Source of the DNA: Tubulanus polymorphus
Lineage: Eukaryota > Animalia > Nemertea
Length of the DNA stretch: 64,000 bases
Assembly: GCF_964204645.1 (NCBI RefSeq)
Contig: NW_027437452.1
Span: 39,400 to 103,399 of the forward strand
Direction of reading: 5' to 3'
Shown: one piece after another, positions 48,901-63,900 of the stretch
Position numbering within the stretch: position 1 is the stretch's first letter
How the letters are laid out: each line of letters opens with the position of its first letter
Made by a program: the position numbers and the translations under genes
The notes under the pieces: generated by a model
What the model was told of the DNA's origin: nothing
Database searches by the model: none
The model's input: the letters and a program-made list of their open reading frames with translations, nothing else

Positions 48901-51900
48901 GGGTCGAAAAGTGCTTTTCCTGACGATTTGAGCGCTTTTACGCATCGACATTGTCGTTTTTTCGATAGGGGGAATATTTGATACGAAAACGTCTTTTCTC
49001 GCGCTGAACGACGTTTTCGCGTCTAAAAGTGCTTTTCCTGACGATTTGAGCGCTTTTACGCATCGACATTGTCGTTTTTCCGATAGGGGGAATATTTGAT
49101 ACGAAAACGTATTTTCTCGCGCTGTACGACGTTTTCGCGTCGAAAAGTGCTTTTCCTGACGATTTGAGCGCTTTTACGCATCGACATTGTCGTTTTTCCG
49201 ATCGGGGGAATATTTGATACGAAAACGTCTTTTCTCGCGCTGAACGACGTTTTCGGGTCGAAAAGTGCTTTTCCTGACGATTTGAGCGCTTTTACGCATC
49301 GACATTGTCGTTTTCCCGATAGGGGGAATATTTGATACGAAAACGTCTTTTCTCGCGCTGAACGACGTTTTCGGGTCGAAAAGTGCTTTTCCTGACGATT
49401 TGAGCGCTTTTACGCATCGACATTGTCGTTTTTCCGATAGGGGGAATATTTGATACGAAAACGTCTTTTCTCGCGCTGAACGACGTTTTCGCGTCGAAAA
49501 GTGCTTTTCCTGACGATTTGAGCGCTTTTACGCATCGACATTGTCGTTTTTCCGATAGGGGGAATATTTGATACGAAAACGTATTTTCTCGCGCTGTACG
49601 ACGTTTTCGCGTCGAAAAGTGCTTTTCCTGACGATTTGAGCGCTTTTACGCATCGACACTGTCGTTTTCCCGATAGGGGGAATATTTGATACGAAAACGT
49701 CTTTTCTCGCGCTGAACGACGTTTTCGGGTCGAAAAGTGCTTTTCCTGACGATTTGAGCGCTTTTACGCATCGACATTGTCGTTTTTTCGATAGGGGGAA
49801 TATTTGATACGAAAACGTCTTTTCTCGCGCTGAACGACGTTTTCGGGTCGAAAAGTGCTTTTCCTGACGATTTGAGCGCTTTTACGCATCGACATTGTCG
49901 TTTTTTCGATAGGGGGAATATTTGATACGAAAACGTCTTTTCTCGCGCTGAACGACGTTTTCCGTCCGAAAAGTGCTTTTCCTGACGATTTGAGCGCTTT
50001 TACGCATCGACATTGTCGTTCTTCCGATAGGGGGAATATTTGATACGAAAACGTCTTTTCTCGCGCTGAACAACGTTTTCGGTCCGAAAAGTGCTTTTCC
50101 TGACGATTTGAGCGCTTTTACGCATCGACATTGTCGTTTTCCCGATAGGGGGAATATTTGATACGAAAACGTCTTTTCTCGCGCTGAACGACGTTTTCGG
50201 GTCGAAAAGTGCTTTTCCTGACGATTTGAGCGCTTTTACGCATCGACATTGTCGTTTTTCCGATAGGGGGAATATTTGATACGAAAACGTCTTTTCTCGC
50301 GCTGAACGACGTTTTCGGTTCGAAAAGTGCTTTTCCTGACGATTTGAGCGCTTTTACGCATCGACATTGTCGTTTTCCCGATAGGGGGAATATTTGATAC
50401 GAAAACGTCTTTTCTCGCGCTGAACGACGTTTTCGGGTCGAAAAGTGCTTTTCCTGACGATTTGAGCGCTTTTACGCATCGACATTGTCGTTTTTTCGAT
50501 AGGGGGAATATTTGATACGAAAACGTCTTTTCTCGCGCTGAACGACGTTTTCGCGTCTAAAAGTGCTTTTCCTGACGATTTGAGCGCTTTTACGCATCGA
50601 CATTGTCGTTTTTCCGATCGGGGGAATATTTGATACGAAAACGTCTTTTCTCGCGCTGAACGACGTTTTCGGGTCGAAAAGTGCTTTTCCTGACGATTTG
50701 AGCGCTTTTACGCATCGACATTGTCGTTTTCCCGATAGGGGGAATATTTGATACGAAAACGTCTTTTCTCGCGCTGAACGACGTTTTTGCGTCGAAAAGT
50801 GCTTTTCCTGACGATTTGAGCGCTTTTACGCATCGACATTGTCGTTTTCCCGATAGGGGGAATATTTGATACGAAAACGTCTTTTCTCGCGCTGAACGAC
50901 GTTTAAGGGTCGAAAAGTGCTTTTCCTGACGATTTGAGCGCTTTTACGCATCGACATTGTCGTTTTTCCGATAGGGGGAATATTTGATACGAAAACGTCT
51001 TTTCTCGCGCTGAACGACGTTTTCGGGTCGAAAAGTGCTTTTCCTGACGATTTGAGCGCTTTTACGCATCGACATTGTCGTTTTTTCGATAGGGGGAATA
51101 TTTGATACGAAAACGTCTTTTCTCGCACTGAACGACGTTTTCGCGTCGAAAAGTGCTTTACCTGACGATTTGAGCGCTTTTACGCATCGACATTGTCGTT
51201 TTTCCGATAGGGGGAATATTTGATACGAAAACGTCTTTTCTCGCGCTGTACGACGTTTTTGCGTCGAAAAGTGCTTTTCCTGACGATTTGAGCGCTTTTA
51301 CGCATCGACATTGTCGTTTTCCCGATAGGGGGAATATTTGATACGAAAACTTCTTTTCTCGCGCTGAACGACGTTTTCGGGTCGAAAAGTGCTTTTCCTG
51401 ACGATTTGAGCGCTTTTACGCATCGACATTGTCGTTTTTCCGATAGGGGGAATATTTGATACGAAAACGTCTTTTCTCGCGCTGAACGACGTTTTCGGGT
51501 CGAAAAGTGCTTTTCCTGACGATTTGAGCGCTTTTACGCATCGACATTGTCGTTTTCCCGATAGGGTGAATATTTGATACGAAAACGTCTTTTCTCGCTC
51601 TGAACGACGTTTTCGGGTCGAAAAGTGCTTTTCCTGACGATTTGAGCGCTTTTTCGCATCGACATTGTCGTTTTTTCGATAGGGGGAATATTTGATACGA
51701 AAACGTCTTTTCTCGCGCTGAACGACGTTTTCGCGTCGAAAAGTGCTTTTCCTGACGATTTGAGCGCTTTTACGCATCGACATTGTCGTTTTTCCGATAG
51801 GGGGAATATTTGATACGAAAACGTCTTTTCTCGCGCTGTACGACGTTTTTGCGTCGAAAAGTGCTTTTCCTGACGATTTGAGCGCTTTTACGCATCGACA

Positions 51901-54900
51901 TTGTCGTTTTCCGGATAGGGGGAATATTTGATACGAAAACGTCTTTTCTCGCGCTGAACGACGTTTTCGGTCCGAAAAGTGCTTTTCCTGACCATTTGAG
52001 CGCTTTTACGCATCGACATTGTCGTTTTCCCGATAGGGGGAATATTTGATACGAAAACGTCTTTTCTCGCGCTGAACGACGTTTTCGGGTCGAAAAGTGC
52101 TTTTCCTGACGATTTGAGCGCTTTTACGCATCGACATTGTCGTTTTTCCGATAGGGGGAATATTTGAGACGAAAACGTCTTTTCTCGCGCTGAACGACGT
52201 TTTCGGGTCGAAAAGTGCTTTTCCTGACGATTTGAGCGCTTTTACGCATCGACATTGTCGTTTTTTCGATAGGGGGAATATTTGATACGAAAACGTCTTT
52301 TCTCGCGCTGAACGACGTTTTCGCGTCGAAAAGTGCTTTTCCTGACGATTTGAGCGCTTTTACGCATCGACATTGTCGTTTTTCCGATAGGGGGAATATT
52401 TGATACGAAAACGTCTTTTCTCGCGCTGTACGACGTTTTCGCGTCGAAAAGTGCTTTTCCTGACGATTTGAGCGCTTTTACGCATCGACATTGTCGTTTT
52501 TTCGATAGGGGGAATATTTGATACGAAAACGTCTTTTCTCGCGCTGAACGACGTTTTCGCGTCGAAAAGTGCTTTTCCTGACGATTTGAGCGCTTTTACG
52601 CATCGACATTGTCGTTTTTCCGATAGGGGGAATATTTGATACGAAAACGTCTTTTCTCGCGCTGTACGACGTTTTTGCGTCGAAAAGTGCTTTTCCTGAC
52701 GATTTGAGCGCTTTTACGCATCGACATTGTCGTTTTCCGGATAGGGGGAATATTTGATACGAAAACGTCTTTTCTCGCGCTGAACGACGTTTTCGGTCCG
52801 AAAAGTGCTTTTCCTGACGATTTGAGCGCTTTTACGCATCGGGGGAATATTTGATACGAAAACGTCTTTTCTCGCGCTGAACGACGTTTTTGCGTCGAAA
52901 AGTGCTTTTCCTGACGATTTGAGCGCTTTTACGCATCGACATTGTCGTTTTCCCGATAGGGGGAATATTTGATACGAAAACGTCTTTTCTCGCGCTGAAC
53001 GACGTTTACGGGTCGAAAAGTGCTTTTCCTGACGATTTGAGCGCTTTTACGCATCGACATTGTCGTTTTTCCGATAGGGGGAATATTTGATATGAAAACG
53101 TCTCTTCTCGCGCTGAACGACGTTTTCGGGTCGAAAAGTGCTTTTCCTGACGATTTGAGCGCTTTTACGCATCGACATTGTCGTTTTTTCGATAGGGGGA
53201 ATATTTGATACGAAAACGTCTTTTCTCGCGCTGAACGACGTTTTCGCGTCGAAAAGTGCTTTACCTGACGATTTGAGCGCTTTTACGCATCGACATTGTC
53301 GTTTTTCCGATAGGGGGAATATTTGATACGAAAACGTCTTTTCTCGCGCTGTACGACGTTTTTGCGTCGAAAAGTGCTTTTCCTGACGATTTGAGCGCTT
53401 TTACGCATCGACATTGTCGTTTTCCCGATAGGGGGAATATTTGATACGAAAACTTCTTTTCTCGCGCTGAACGACGTTTTCGGGTCGAAAAGTGCTTTTC
53501 CTGACGACTTGAGCGCTTTTACGCATCGACATTGTCGTTTTTCCGATAGGGGGAATATTTGATACGAAAACGTATTTTCTCGCGCTGTACGAAGTTTTCG
53601 CGTCGAAAAGTGCTTTTCCTGACGATTTGAGCGCTTTTACGCATCGACATTGTCGTTTTTCCGATCGGGGGAATATTTGATACGAAAACGTCTTTTCTCG
53701 CGCTGTACGACGTTTTCGCGTCGAAAAGTGTTTTTCCTGACGATTTGAGCGCTTTTACGCATCGACATTGTCGTTTTCCCGATAGGGGGAATATTTGATA
53801 CGAAAACGTCTCTTCTCGCGCTGAACGACGTTTTCGGGTCGAAAAGTGCTTTTCCTGACGATTTGAGCGCTTTTACGCATCGACATTGTCGTTTTTCCGA
53901 TAGGGGGAATATTTGATACGAAAACGTCTTTTCTCGCGCTGTACGACGTTTTTGCGTCGAAAAGTGCTTTTCCTGACGATTTGAGCGCTTTTACGCATCG
54001 ACATTGTCGTTTTCCGGATAGGGGGAATATTTGATACGAAAACGTCTTTTCTCGCGCTGAACGACGTTTTCGGTCCGAAAAGTGCTTTTCCTGACCATTT
54101 GAGCGCTTTTACGCATCGACATTGTCGTTTTCCCGATAGGGGGAATATTTGATACGAAAACGTCTTTTCTCGCGCTGAACGACGTTTTCGGGTCGAAAAG
54201 TGCTTTTCCTGACGATTTGAGCGCTTTTACGCATCGACATTGTCGTTTTTCCGATAGGGGGAATATTTGAGACGAAAACGTCTTTTCTCGCGCTGAACGA
54301 CGTTTTCGGGTCGAAAAGTGCTTTTCCTGACGATTTGAGCGCTTTTACGCATCGACATTGTCGTTTTTTCGATAGGGGGAATATTTGATACGAAAACGTC
54401 TTTTCTCGCGCTGAACGACGTTTTCGCGTCGAAAAGTGCTTTTCCTGACGATTTGAGCGCTTTTACGCATCGACATTGTCGTTTTTCCGATAGGGGGAAT
54501 ATTTGATACGAAAACGTCTTTTCTCGCGCTGTACGACGTTTTTGCGTCGAAAAGTGCTTTTCCTGACGATTTGAGCGCTTTTACGCATCGACATTGTCGT
54601 TTTTTCGATAGGGGGAATATTTGATACGAAAACGTCTTTTCTCGCGCTGAACGACGTTTTCGCGTCGAAAAGTGCTTTTCCTGACGATTTGAGCGCTTTT
54701 ACGCATCGACATTGTCGTTTTTCCGATAGGGGGAATATTTGATACGAAAACGTCTTTTCTCGCGCTGTACGACGTTTTTGCGTCGAAAAGTGCTTTTCCT
54801 GACGATTTGAGCGCTTTTACGCATCGACATTGTCGTTTTCCGGATAGGGGGAATATTTGATACGAAAACGTCTTTTCTCGCGCTGAACGACGTTTTCGGT

Positions 54901-57900
54901 CCGAAAAGTGCTTTTCCTGACGATTTGAGCGCTTTTACGCATCGGGGGAATATTTGATACGAAAACGTCTTTTCTCGCGCTGAACGACGTTTTTGCGTCG
55001 AAAAGTGCTTTTCCTGACGATTTGAGCGCTTTTACGCATCGACATTGTCGTTTTCCCGATAGGGGGAATATTTGATACGAAAACGTCTTTTCTCGCGCTG
55101 AACGACGTTTACGGGTCGAAAAGTGCTTTTCCTGACGATTTGAGCGCTTTTACGCATCGACATTGTCGTTTTTCCGATAGGGGGAATATTTGATATGAAA
55201 ACGTCTCTTCTCGCGCTGAACGACGTTTTCGGGTCGAAAAGTGCTTTTCCTGACGATTTGAGCGCTTTTACGCATCGACATTGTCGTTTTTTCGATAGGG
55301 GGAATATTTGATACGAAAACGTCTTTTCTCGCGCTGAACGACGTTTTCGCGTCGAAAAGTGCTTTACCTGACGATTTGAGCGCTTTTACGCATCGACATT
55401 GTCGTTTTTCCGATAGGGGGAATATTTGATACGAAAACGTCTTTTCTCGCGCTGTACGACGTTTTTGCGTCGAAAAGTGCTTTTCCTGACGATTTGAGCG
55501 CTTTTACGCATCGACATTGTCGTTTTCCCGATAGGGGGAATATTTGATACGAAAACTTCTTTTCTCGCGCTGAACGACGTTTTCGGGTCGAAAAGTGCTT
55601 TTCCTGACGACTTGAGCGCTTTTACGCATCGACATTGTCGTTTTTCCGATAGGGGGAATATTTGATACGAAAACGTATTTTCTCGCGCTGTACGAAGTTT
55701 TCGCGTCGAAAAGTGCTTTTCCTGACGATTTGAGCGCTTTTACGCATCGACATTGTCGTTTTTCCGATCGGGGGAATATTTGATACGAAAACGTCTTTTC
55801 TCGCGCTGTACGACGTTTTCGCGTCGAAAAGTGTTTTTCCTGACGATTTGAGCGCTTTTACGCATCGACATTGTCGTTTTCCCGATAGGGGGAATATTTG
55901 ATACGAAAACGTCTCTTCTCGCGCTGAACGACGTTTTCGGGTCGAAAAGTGCTTTTCCTGACGATTTGAGCGCTTTTACGCATCGACATTGTCGTTTTTC
56001 CGATAGGGGGAATATTTGATACGAAAACGTCTTTTCTCGCGCTGAACGACGTTTTCGGGTCGAAAAGTGCTTTTCCTGACGATTTGAGCGCTTTTACGCA
56101 TCGACATTGTCGTTTTTCCGATAGGGGGAATATTTGATACGAAAACGTCTTTTCTCGCGCTGAACGACGTTTTCGGGTCGAAAAGTGCTTTTCCTGACGA
56201 TTTGAGCGCTTTTACGCATCGACATTGTCGTTTTTTCGTTAGGGGGAATATTTGATACGAAAACGTCTTTTCTCGCGCTGAACGACGTTTTCGCGTCGAA
56301 AAGTGCTTTTCCTGACGATTTGAGCGCTTTTACGCATCGACATTGTCGTTTTTCCGATAGGGGGAATATTTGATACGAAAACGTATTTTCTCGCGCTGTA
56401 CGACGTTTTCGCGTCGAAAAGTGCTTTTCCTGACGATTTGAGCGCTTTTACGCATCGACACTGTCGTTTTCCCGATAGGGGGAATATTTGATACGAAAAC
56501 GTCTTTTCTCGCGCTGAACGACGTTTTCGGGTCGAAAAGTGCTTTTCCTGACGATTTGAGCGCTTTTACGCATCGACATTGTCGTTTTTCCGATAGGGGG
56601 AATATTTAATACGAAAACGTCTTTTCTCGCGCTGAACGACGTTTTCGCGTCGAAAAGTGCTTTTCCTGACGATTTGAGCGCTTTTACGCATCGACATTGT
56701 CGTTTTTTCGATAGGGGGAATATTTGATACGAAAACGTCTTTTCTCGCGCTGAACGACGTTTTCGGGTCGAAAAGTGCTTTTCCTGACGATTTGAGCGCT
56801 TTTACGCATCGACATTGTCGTTTTTTCGATAGGGGGAATATTTGATACGAAAACGTCTTTTCTCGCGCTGAACGACGTTTTCCGTCCGAAAAGTGCTTTT
56901 CCTGACGATTTGAGCGCTTTTACGCATCGACATTGTCGTTTTTCCGATAGGGGGAATATTTGATACGAAAACGTCTTTTCTCGCGCTGAACAACGTTTTC
57001 GGTCCGAAAAGTGCTTTTCCTGACGATTTGAGCGCTTTTACGCATCGACATTGTCGTTTTCCCGATAGGGGGAATATTTGATACGAAAACGTCTTTTCTC
57101 GCGCTGAACGACGTTTTCGGGTCGAAAAGTGCTTTTCCTGACGATTTGAGCGCTTTTACGCATCGACATTGTCGTTTTTCCGATAGGGGGAATATTTGAT
57201 ACGAAAACGTCTTTTCTCGCGCTGAACGACGTTTTCGGGTCGAAAAGTGCTTTTCCTGACGATTTGAGCGCTTTTACGCATCGACATTGTCGTTTTCCCG
57301 ATAGGGGGAATATTTGATACGAAAACGTCTTTTCTCGCGCTGTACGACGTTTTCGGGTCGAAAAGTGCTTTTCCTGACGATTTGAGCGCTTTTACGCATC
57401 GACATTGTCGTTTTTTCGATAGGGGGAATATTTGATACGAAAACGTCTTTTCTCGCGCTGAACGACGTTTTCGCGTCTAAAAGTGCTTTTCCTGACGATT
57501 TGAGCGCTTTTACGCATCGACATTGTCGTTTTTCCGATCGGGGGAATATTTGATACGAAAACGTCTTTTCTCGCTCTGAACGACGTTTTCGGGTCGAAAA
57601 GTGCTTTTCCTGACGATTTGAGCGCTTTTACGCATCGACATTGTCGTTTTTTCGATAGGGGGAATATTTGATACGAAAACGTCTTTTCTCGCGCTGAACG
57701 ACGTTTTCGCGTCGAAAAGTGCTTTTCCTGACGATTTGAGCGCTTTTACGCATCGACATTGTCGTTTTTCCGATAGGGGGAATATTTGATACGAAAACGT
57801 CTTTTCTCGCGCTGTACGACGTTTTTGCGTCGAAAAGTGCTTTTCCTGACGATTTGAGCGCTTTTACGCATCGACATTGTCGTTTTCCGGATAGGGGGAA

Positions 57901-60900
57901 TATTTGATACGAAAACGTCTTTTCTCGCGCTGAACGACGTTTTCGGTCCGAAAAGTGCTTTTCCTGACGATTTGAGCGCTTTTACGCATCGACATTGTCG
58001 TTTTCCCGATAGGGGAATATTTGATACGAAAACGTCTTTTCTCGCGCTGAACGACGTTTTCGGGTCGAAAAGTGCTTTTCCTGACGATTTGAGCGCTTTT
58101 ACGCATCGACATTGTCGTTTTTCCGATAGGGGGAATATTTGAGACGAAAACGTCTTTTCTCGCGCTGAACGACGTTTTCGGGTCGAAAAGTGCTTTTCCT
58201 GACGATTTGAGCGCTTTTACGCATCGACATTGTCGTTTTTTCGATAGGGGGAATATTTGATACGAAAACGTCTTTTCTCGCGCTGAACGACGTTTTCGCG
58301 TCGAAAAGTGCTTTTCCTGACGATTTGAGCGCTTTTACGCATCGACATTGTCGTTTTTCCGATAGGGGGAATATTTGATACGAAAACGTCTTTTCTCGCG
58401 CTGTACGACGTTTTTGCGTCGAAAAGTGCTTTTCCTGACGATTTGAGCGCTTTTACGCATCGACATTGTCGTTTTTTCGATAGGGGGAATATTTGATACG
58501 AAAACGTCTTTTCTCGCGCTGAACGACGTTTTCGCGTCGAAAAGTGCTTTTCCTGACGATTTGAGCGCTTTTACGCATCGACATTGTCGTTTTTCCGATA
58601 GGGGGAATATTTGATACGAAAACGTCTTTTCTCGCGCTGTACGACGTTTTTGCGTCGAAAAGTGCTTTTCCTGACGATTTGAGCGCTTTTACGCATCGAC
58701 ATTGTCGTTTTCCGGATAGGGGGAATATTTGATACGAAAACGTCTTTTCTCGCGCTGAACGACGTTTTCGGTCCGAAAAGTGCTTTTCCTGACGATTTGA
58801 GCGCTTTTACGCATCGGGGGAATATTTGATACGAAAACGTCTTTTCTCGCGCTGAACGACGTTTTTGCGTCGAAAAGTGCTTTTCCTGACGATTTGAGCG
58901 CTTTTACGCATCGACATTGTCGTTTTCCCGATAGGGGGAATATTTGATACGAAAACGTCTTTTCTCGCGCTGAACGACGTTTACGGGTCGAAAAGTGCTT
59001 TTCCTGACGATTTGAGCGCTTTTACGCATCGACATTGTCGTTTTTCCGATAGGGGGAATATTTGATATGAAAACGTCTCTTCTCGCGCTGAACGACGTTT
59101 TCGGGTCGAAAAGTGCTTTTCCTGACGATTTGAGCGCTTTTACGCATCGACATTGTCGTTTTTTCGATAGGGGGAATATTTGATACGAAAACGTCTTTTC
59201 TCGCGCTGAACGACGTTTTCGCGTCGAAAAGTGCTTTACCTGACGATTTGAGCGCTTTTACGCATCGACATTGTCGTTTTTCCGATAGGGGGAATATTTG
59301 ATACGAAAACGTCTTTTCTCGCGCTGTACGACGTTTTTGCGTCGAAAAGTGCTTTTCCTGACGATTTGAGCGCTTTTACGCATCGACATTGTCGTTTTCC
59401 CGATAGGGGGAATATTTGATACGAAAACTTCTTTTCTCGCGCTGAACGACGTTTTCGGGTCGAAAAGTGCTTTTCCTGACGACTTGAGCGCTTTTACGCA
59501 TCGACATTGTCGTTTTTCCGATAGGGGGAATATTTGATACGAAAACGTATTTTCTCGCGCTGTACGAAGTTTTCGCGTCGAAAAGTGCTTTTCCTGACGA
59601 TTTGAGCGCTTTTACGCATCGACATTGTCGTTTTTCCGATCGGGGGAATATTTGATACGAAAACGTCTTTTCTCGCGCTGTACGACGTTTTCGCGTCGAA
59701 AAGTGTTTTTCCTGACGATTTGAGCGCTTTTACGCATCGACATTGTCGTTTTCCCGATAGGGGGAATATTTGATACGAAAACGTCTCTTCTCGCGCTGAA
59801 CGACGTTTTCGGGTCGAAAAGTGCTTTTCCTGACGATTTGAGCGCTTTTACGCATCGACATTGTCGTTTTTCCGATAGGGGGAATATTTGATACGAAAAC
59901 GTCTTTTCTCGCGCTGAACGACGTTTTCGGGTCGAAAAGTGCTTTTCCTGACGATTTGAGCGCTTTTACGCATCGACATTGTCGTTTTTCCGATAGGGGG
60001 AATATTTGATACGAAAACGTCTTTTCTCGCGCTGAACGACGTTTTCGCGTCGAAAAGTGCTTTTCCTGACGATTTGAGCGCTTTTACGCATCGACATTGT
60101 CGTTTTTCCGATAGGGGGAATATTTGATACGAAAACGTATTTTCTCGCGCTGTACGACGTTTTCGCGTCGAAAAGTGCTTTTCCTGACGATTTGAGCGCT
60201 TTTACGCATCGACACTGTCGTTTTCCCGATAGGGGGAATATTTGATACGAAAACGTCTTTTCTCGCGCTGAACGACGTTTTCGGGTCGAAAAGTGCTTTT
60301 CCTGACGATTTGAGCGCTTTTACGCATCGACATTGTCGTTTTTCCGATAGGGGGAATATTTAATACGAAAACGTCTTTTCTCGCGCTGAACGACGTTTTC
60401 GCGTCGAAAAGTGCTTTTCCTGACGATTTGAGCGCTTTTACGCATCGACATTGTCGTTTTTTCGATAGGGGGAATATTTGATACGAAAACGTCTTTTCTC
60501 GCGCTGAACGACGTTTTCGGGTCGAAAAGTGCTTTTCCTGACGATTTGAGCGCTTTTACGCATCGACATTGTCGTTTTTTCGATAGGGGGAATATTTGAT
60601 ACGAAAACGTCTTTTCTCGCGCTGAACGACGTTTTCCGTCCGAAAAGTGCTTTTCCTGACGATTTGAGCGCTTTTACGCATCGACATTGTCGTTTTTCCG
60701 ATAGGGGGAATATTTGATACGAAAACGTCTTTTCTCGCGCTGAACAACGTTTTCGGTCCGAAAAGTGCTTTTCCTGACGATTTGAGCGCTTTTACGCATC
60801 GACATTGTCGTTTTTCCGATAGGGGGAATATTTGATACGAAAACGTCTTTTCTCGCGCTGAACGACGTTTTCGGGTCGAAAAGTGCTTTTCCTGACGATT

Positions 60901-63900
60901 TGAGCGCTTTTACGCATCGACATTGTCGTTTTTCCGATAGGGGGAATATTTGATACGAAAACGTCTTTTCTCGCGCTGAACGACGTTTTCGGTTCGAAAA
61001 GTGCTTTTCCTGACGATTTGAGCGCTTTTACGCATCGACATTGTCGTTTTCCCGATAGGGGGAATATTTGATACGAAAACGTCTTTTCTCGCACTGTACG
61101 ACGTTTTCGGGTCGAAAAGTGCTTTTCCTGACGATTTGAGCGCTTTTACGCATCGACATTGTCGTTTTTTCGATAGGGGGAATATTTGATACGAAAACGT
61201 CTTTTCTCGCGCTGAACGACGTTTTCGCGTCTAAAAGTGCTTTTCCTGACGATTTGAGCGCTTTTACGCATCGACATTGTCGTTTTTCCGATCGGGGGAA
61301 TATTTGATACGAAAACGTCTTTTCTCGCGCTGTACGACGTTTTCGCGTCGAAAAGTGTTTTTCCTGACGATTTGAGCGCTTTTACGCATCGACATTGTCG
61401 TTTTCCCGATAGGGGAATATTTGATACGAAAACGTCTTTTCTCGCGCTGAACGACGTTTTCGGGTCGAAAAGTGCTTTTCCTGACGATTTGAGCGCTTTT
61501 ACGCATCGACATTGTCGTTTTCCCGATAGGGGGAATATTTGATACGAAAACGTCTTTTCTCGCGCTGAACGACGTTTTCGGGTCGAAAAGTGCTTTTCCT
61601 GACGATTTGAGCGCTTTTACGCATCGACATTGTCGTTTTTCCGATAGGGGGAATATTTAATACGAAAACGTCTTTTCTCGCGCTGAACGACGTTTTCGCG
61701 TCGAAAAGTGCTTTTCCTGACGATTTGAGCGCTTTTACGCATCGACATTGTCGTTTTTTCGATAGGGGGAATATTTGATACGAAAACGTCTTTTCTCGCG
61801 CTGAACGACGTTTTCGGGTCGAAAAGTGCTTTTCCTGACGATTGAGCGCTTTTACGCATCGACATTGTCGTTTTTTCGATAGGGGGAATATTTGATACGA
61901 AAACGTCTTTTCTCGCGCTGAACGACGTTTTCCGTCCGAAAAGTGCTTTTCCTGACGATTTGAGCGCTTTTACGCATCGACATTGTCGTTTTTCCGATAG
62001 GGGGAATATTTGATACGAAAACGTCTTTTCTCGCGCTGAACAACGTTTTCGGTCCGAAAAGTGCTTTTCCTGACGATTTGAGCGCTTTTACGCATCGACA
62101 TTGTCGTTTTCCCGATAGGGGGAATATTTGATACGAAAACGTCTTTTCTCGCGCTGAACGACGTTTTCGGGTCGAAAAGTGCTTTTCCTGACGATTTGAG
62201 CGCTTTTACGCATCGACATTGTCGTTTTTCCGATAGGGGGAATATTTGATACGAAAACGTCTTTTCTCGCGCTGAACGACGTTTTCGGTTCGAAAAGTGC
62301 TTTTCCTGACGATTTGAGCGCTTTTACGCATCGACATTGTCGTTTTCCGATAGGGGGAATATTTGATACGAAAACGTCTTTTCTCGCGCTGTACGACGTT
62401 TTCGGGTCGAAAAGTGCTTTTCCTGACGATTTGAGCGCTTTTACGCATCGACATTGTCGTTTTTTCGATAGGGGGAATATTTGATACGAAAACGTCTTTT
62501 CTCGCGCTGAACGACGTTTTCGCGTCTAAAAGTGCTTTTCCTGACGATTTGAGCGCTTTTACGCATCGACATTGTCGTTTTTCCGATCGGGGGAATATTT
62601 GATACGAAAACGTCTTTTCTCGCGCTGTACGACGTTTTCGCGTCGAAAAGTGTTTTTCCTGACGATTTGAGCGCTTTTACGCATCGACATTGTCGTTTTC
62701 CCGATAGGGGGAATATTTGATACGAAAACGTCTTTTCTCGCGCTGAACGACGTTTTCGGGTCGAAAAGTGCTTTTCCTGACGATTTGAGCGCTTTTACGC
62801 ATCGACATTGTCGTTTTTCCGATAGGGGGAATATTTGATACGAAAACGTCTTTTCTCGCGCTGAACGACGTTTTCGGGTCGAAAAGTGCTTTTCCTGACG
62901 ATTTGAGCGCTTTTACGCATCGACATTGTCGTTTTTTCGATAGGGGGAATATTTGATACGAAAACGTCTTTTCTCGCGCTGAACGACGTTTTCGGGTCGA
63001 AAAGTGCTTTTCCTGACGATTTGAGCGCTTTTACGCATCGACATTGTCGTTTTTTCGATAGGGGGAATATTTGATACGAAAAGTGACGTCTTTTCTCGCG
63101 CTGAACGACGTTTTCCGTCCGAAAAGTGCTTTTCCTGACGATTTGAGCGCTTTTACGCATCGACATTGTCGTTTTTCCGATAGGGGGAATATTTGATACG
63201 AAAACGTCTTTTCTCGCGCTGAACAACGTTTTCGGTCCGAAAAGTGCTTTTCCTGACGATTTGAGCGCTTTTACGCATCGACATTGTCGTTTTCCCGATA
63301 GGGGGAATATTTGATACGAAAACGTCTTTTCTCGCGCTGAACGACGTTTTCGGGTCGAAAAGTGCTTTTCCTGACGATTTGAGCGCTTTTACGCATCGAT
63401 ATTGTCGTTTTTCGATAGGGGGAATATTTGATACGAAAACGTCTTTTCTCGCGCTGAACGACGTTTTCGGTTCGAAAAGTGCTTTTCCTGACGATTTGAG
63501 CGCTTTTACGCATCGACATTGTCGTTTTTTCGATAGGGGGAATATTTGATACGAAAACGTCTTTTCTCGCGCTGAACGACGTTTTCGCGTCTAAAAGTGC
63601 TTTTCCTGACGATTTGAGCGCTTTTACGCATCGACATTGTCGTTTTTCCGATCGGGGGAATATTTGATACGAAAACGTCTTTTCTCGCGCTGTACGACGT
63701 TTTCGCGTCGAAAAGTGTTTTTCCTGACGATTTGAGCGCTTTTACGCATCGACATTGTCGTTTTCCCGATAGGGGGAATATTTGATACGAAAACGTCTTT
63801 TCTCGCGCTGAACGACGTTTTCGGGTCGAAAAGTGCTTTTCCTGACGATTTGAGCGCTTTTACGCATCGACATTGTCGTTTTCCCGATAGGGGGAATATT

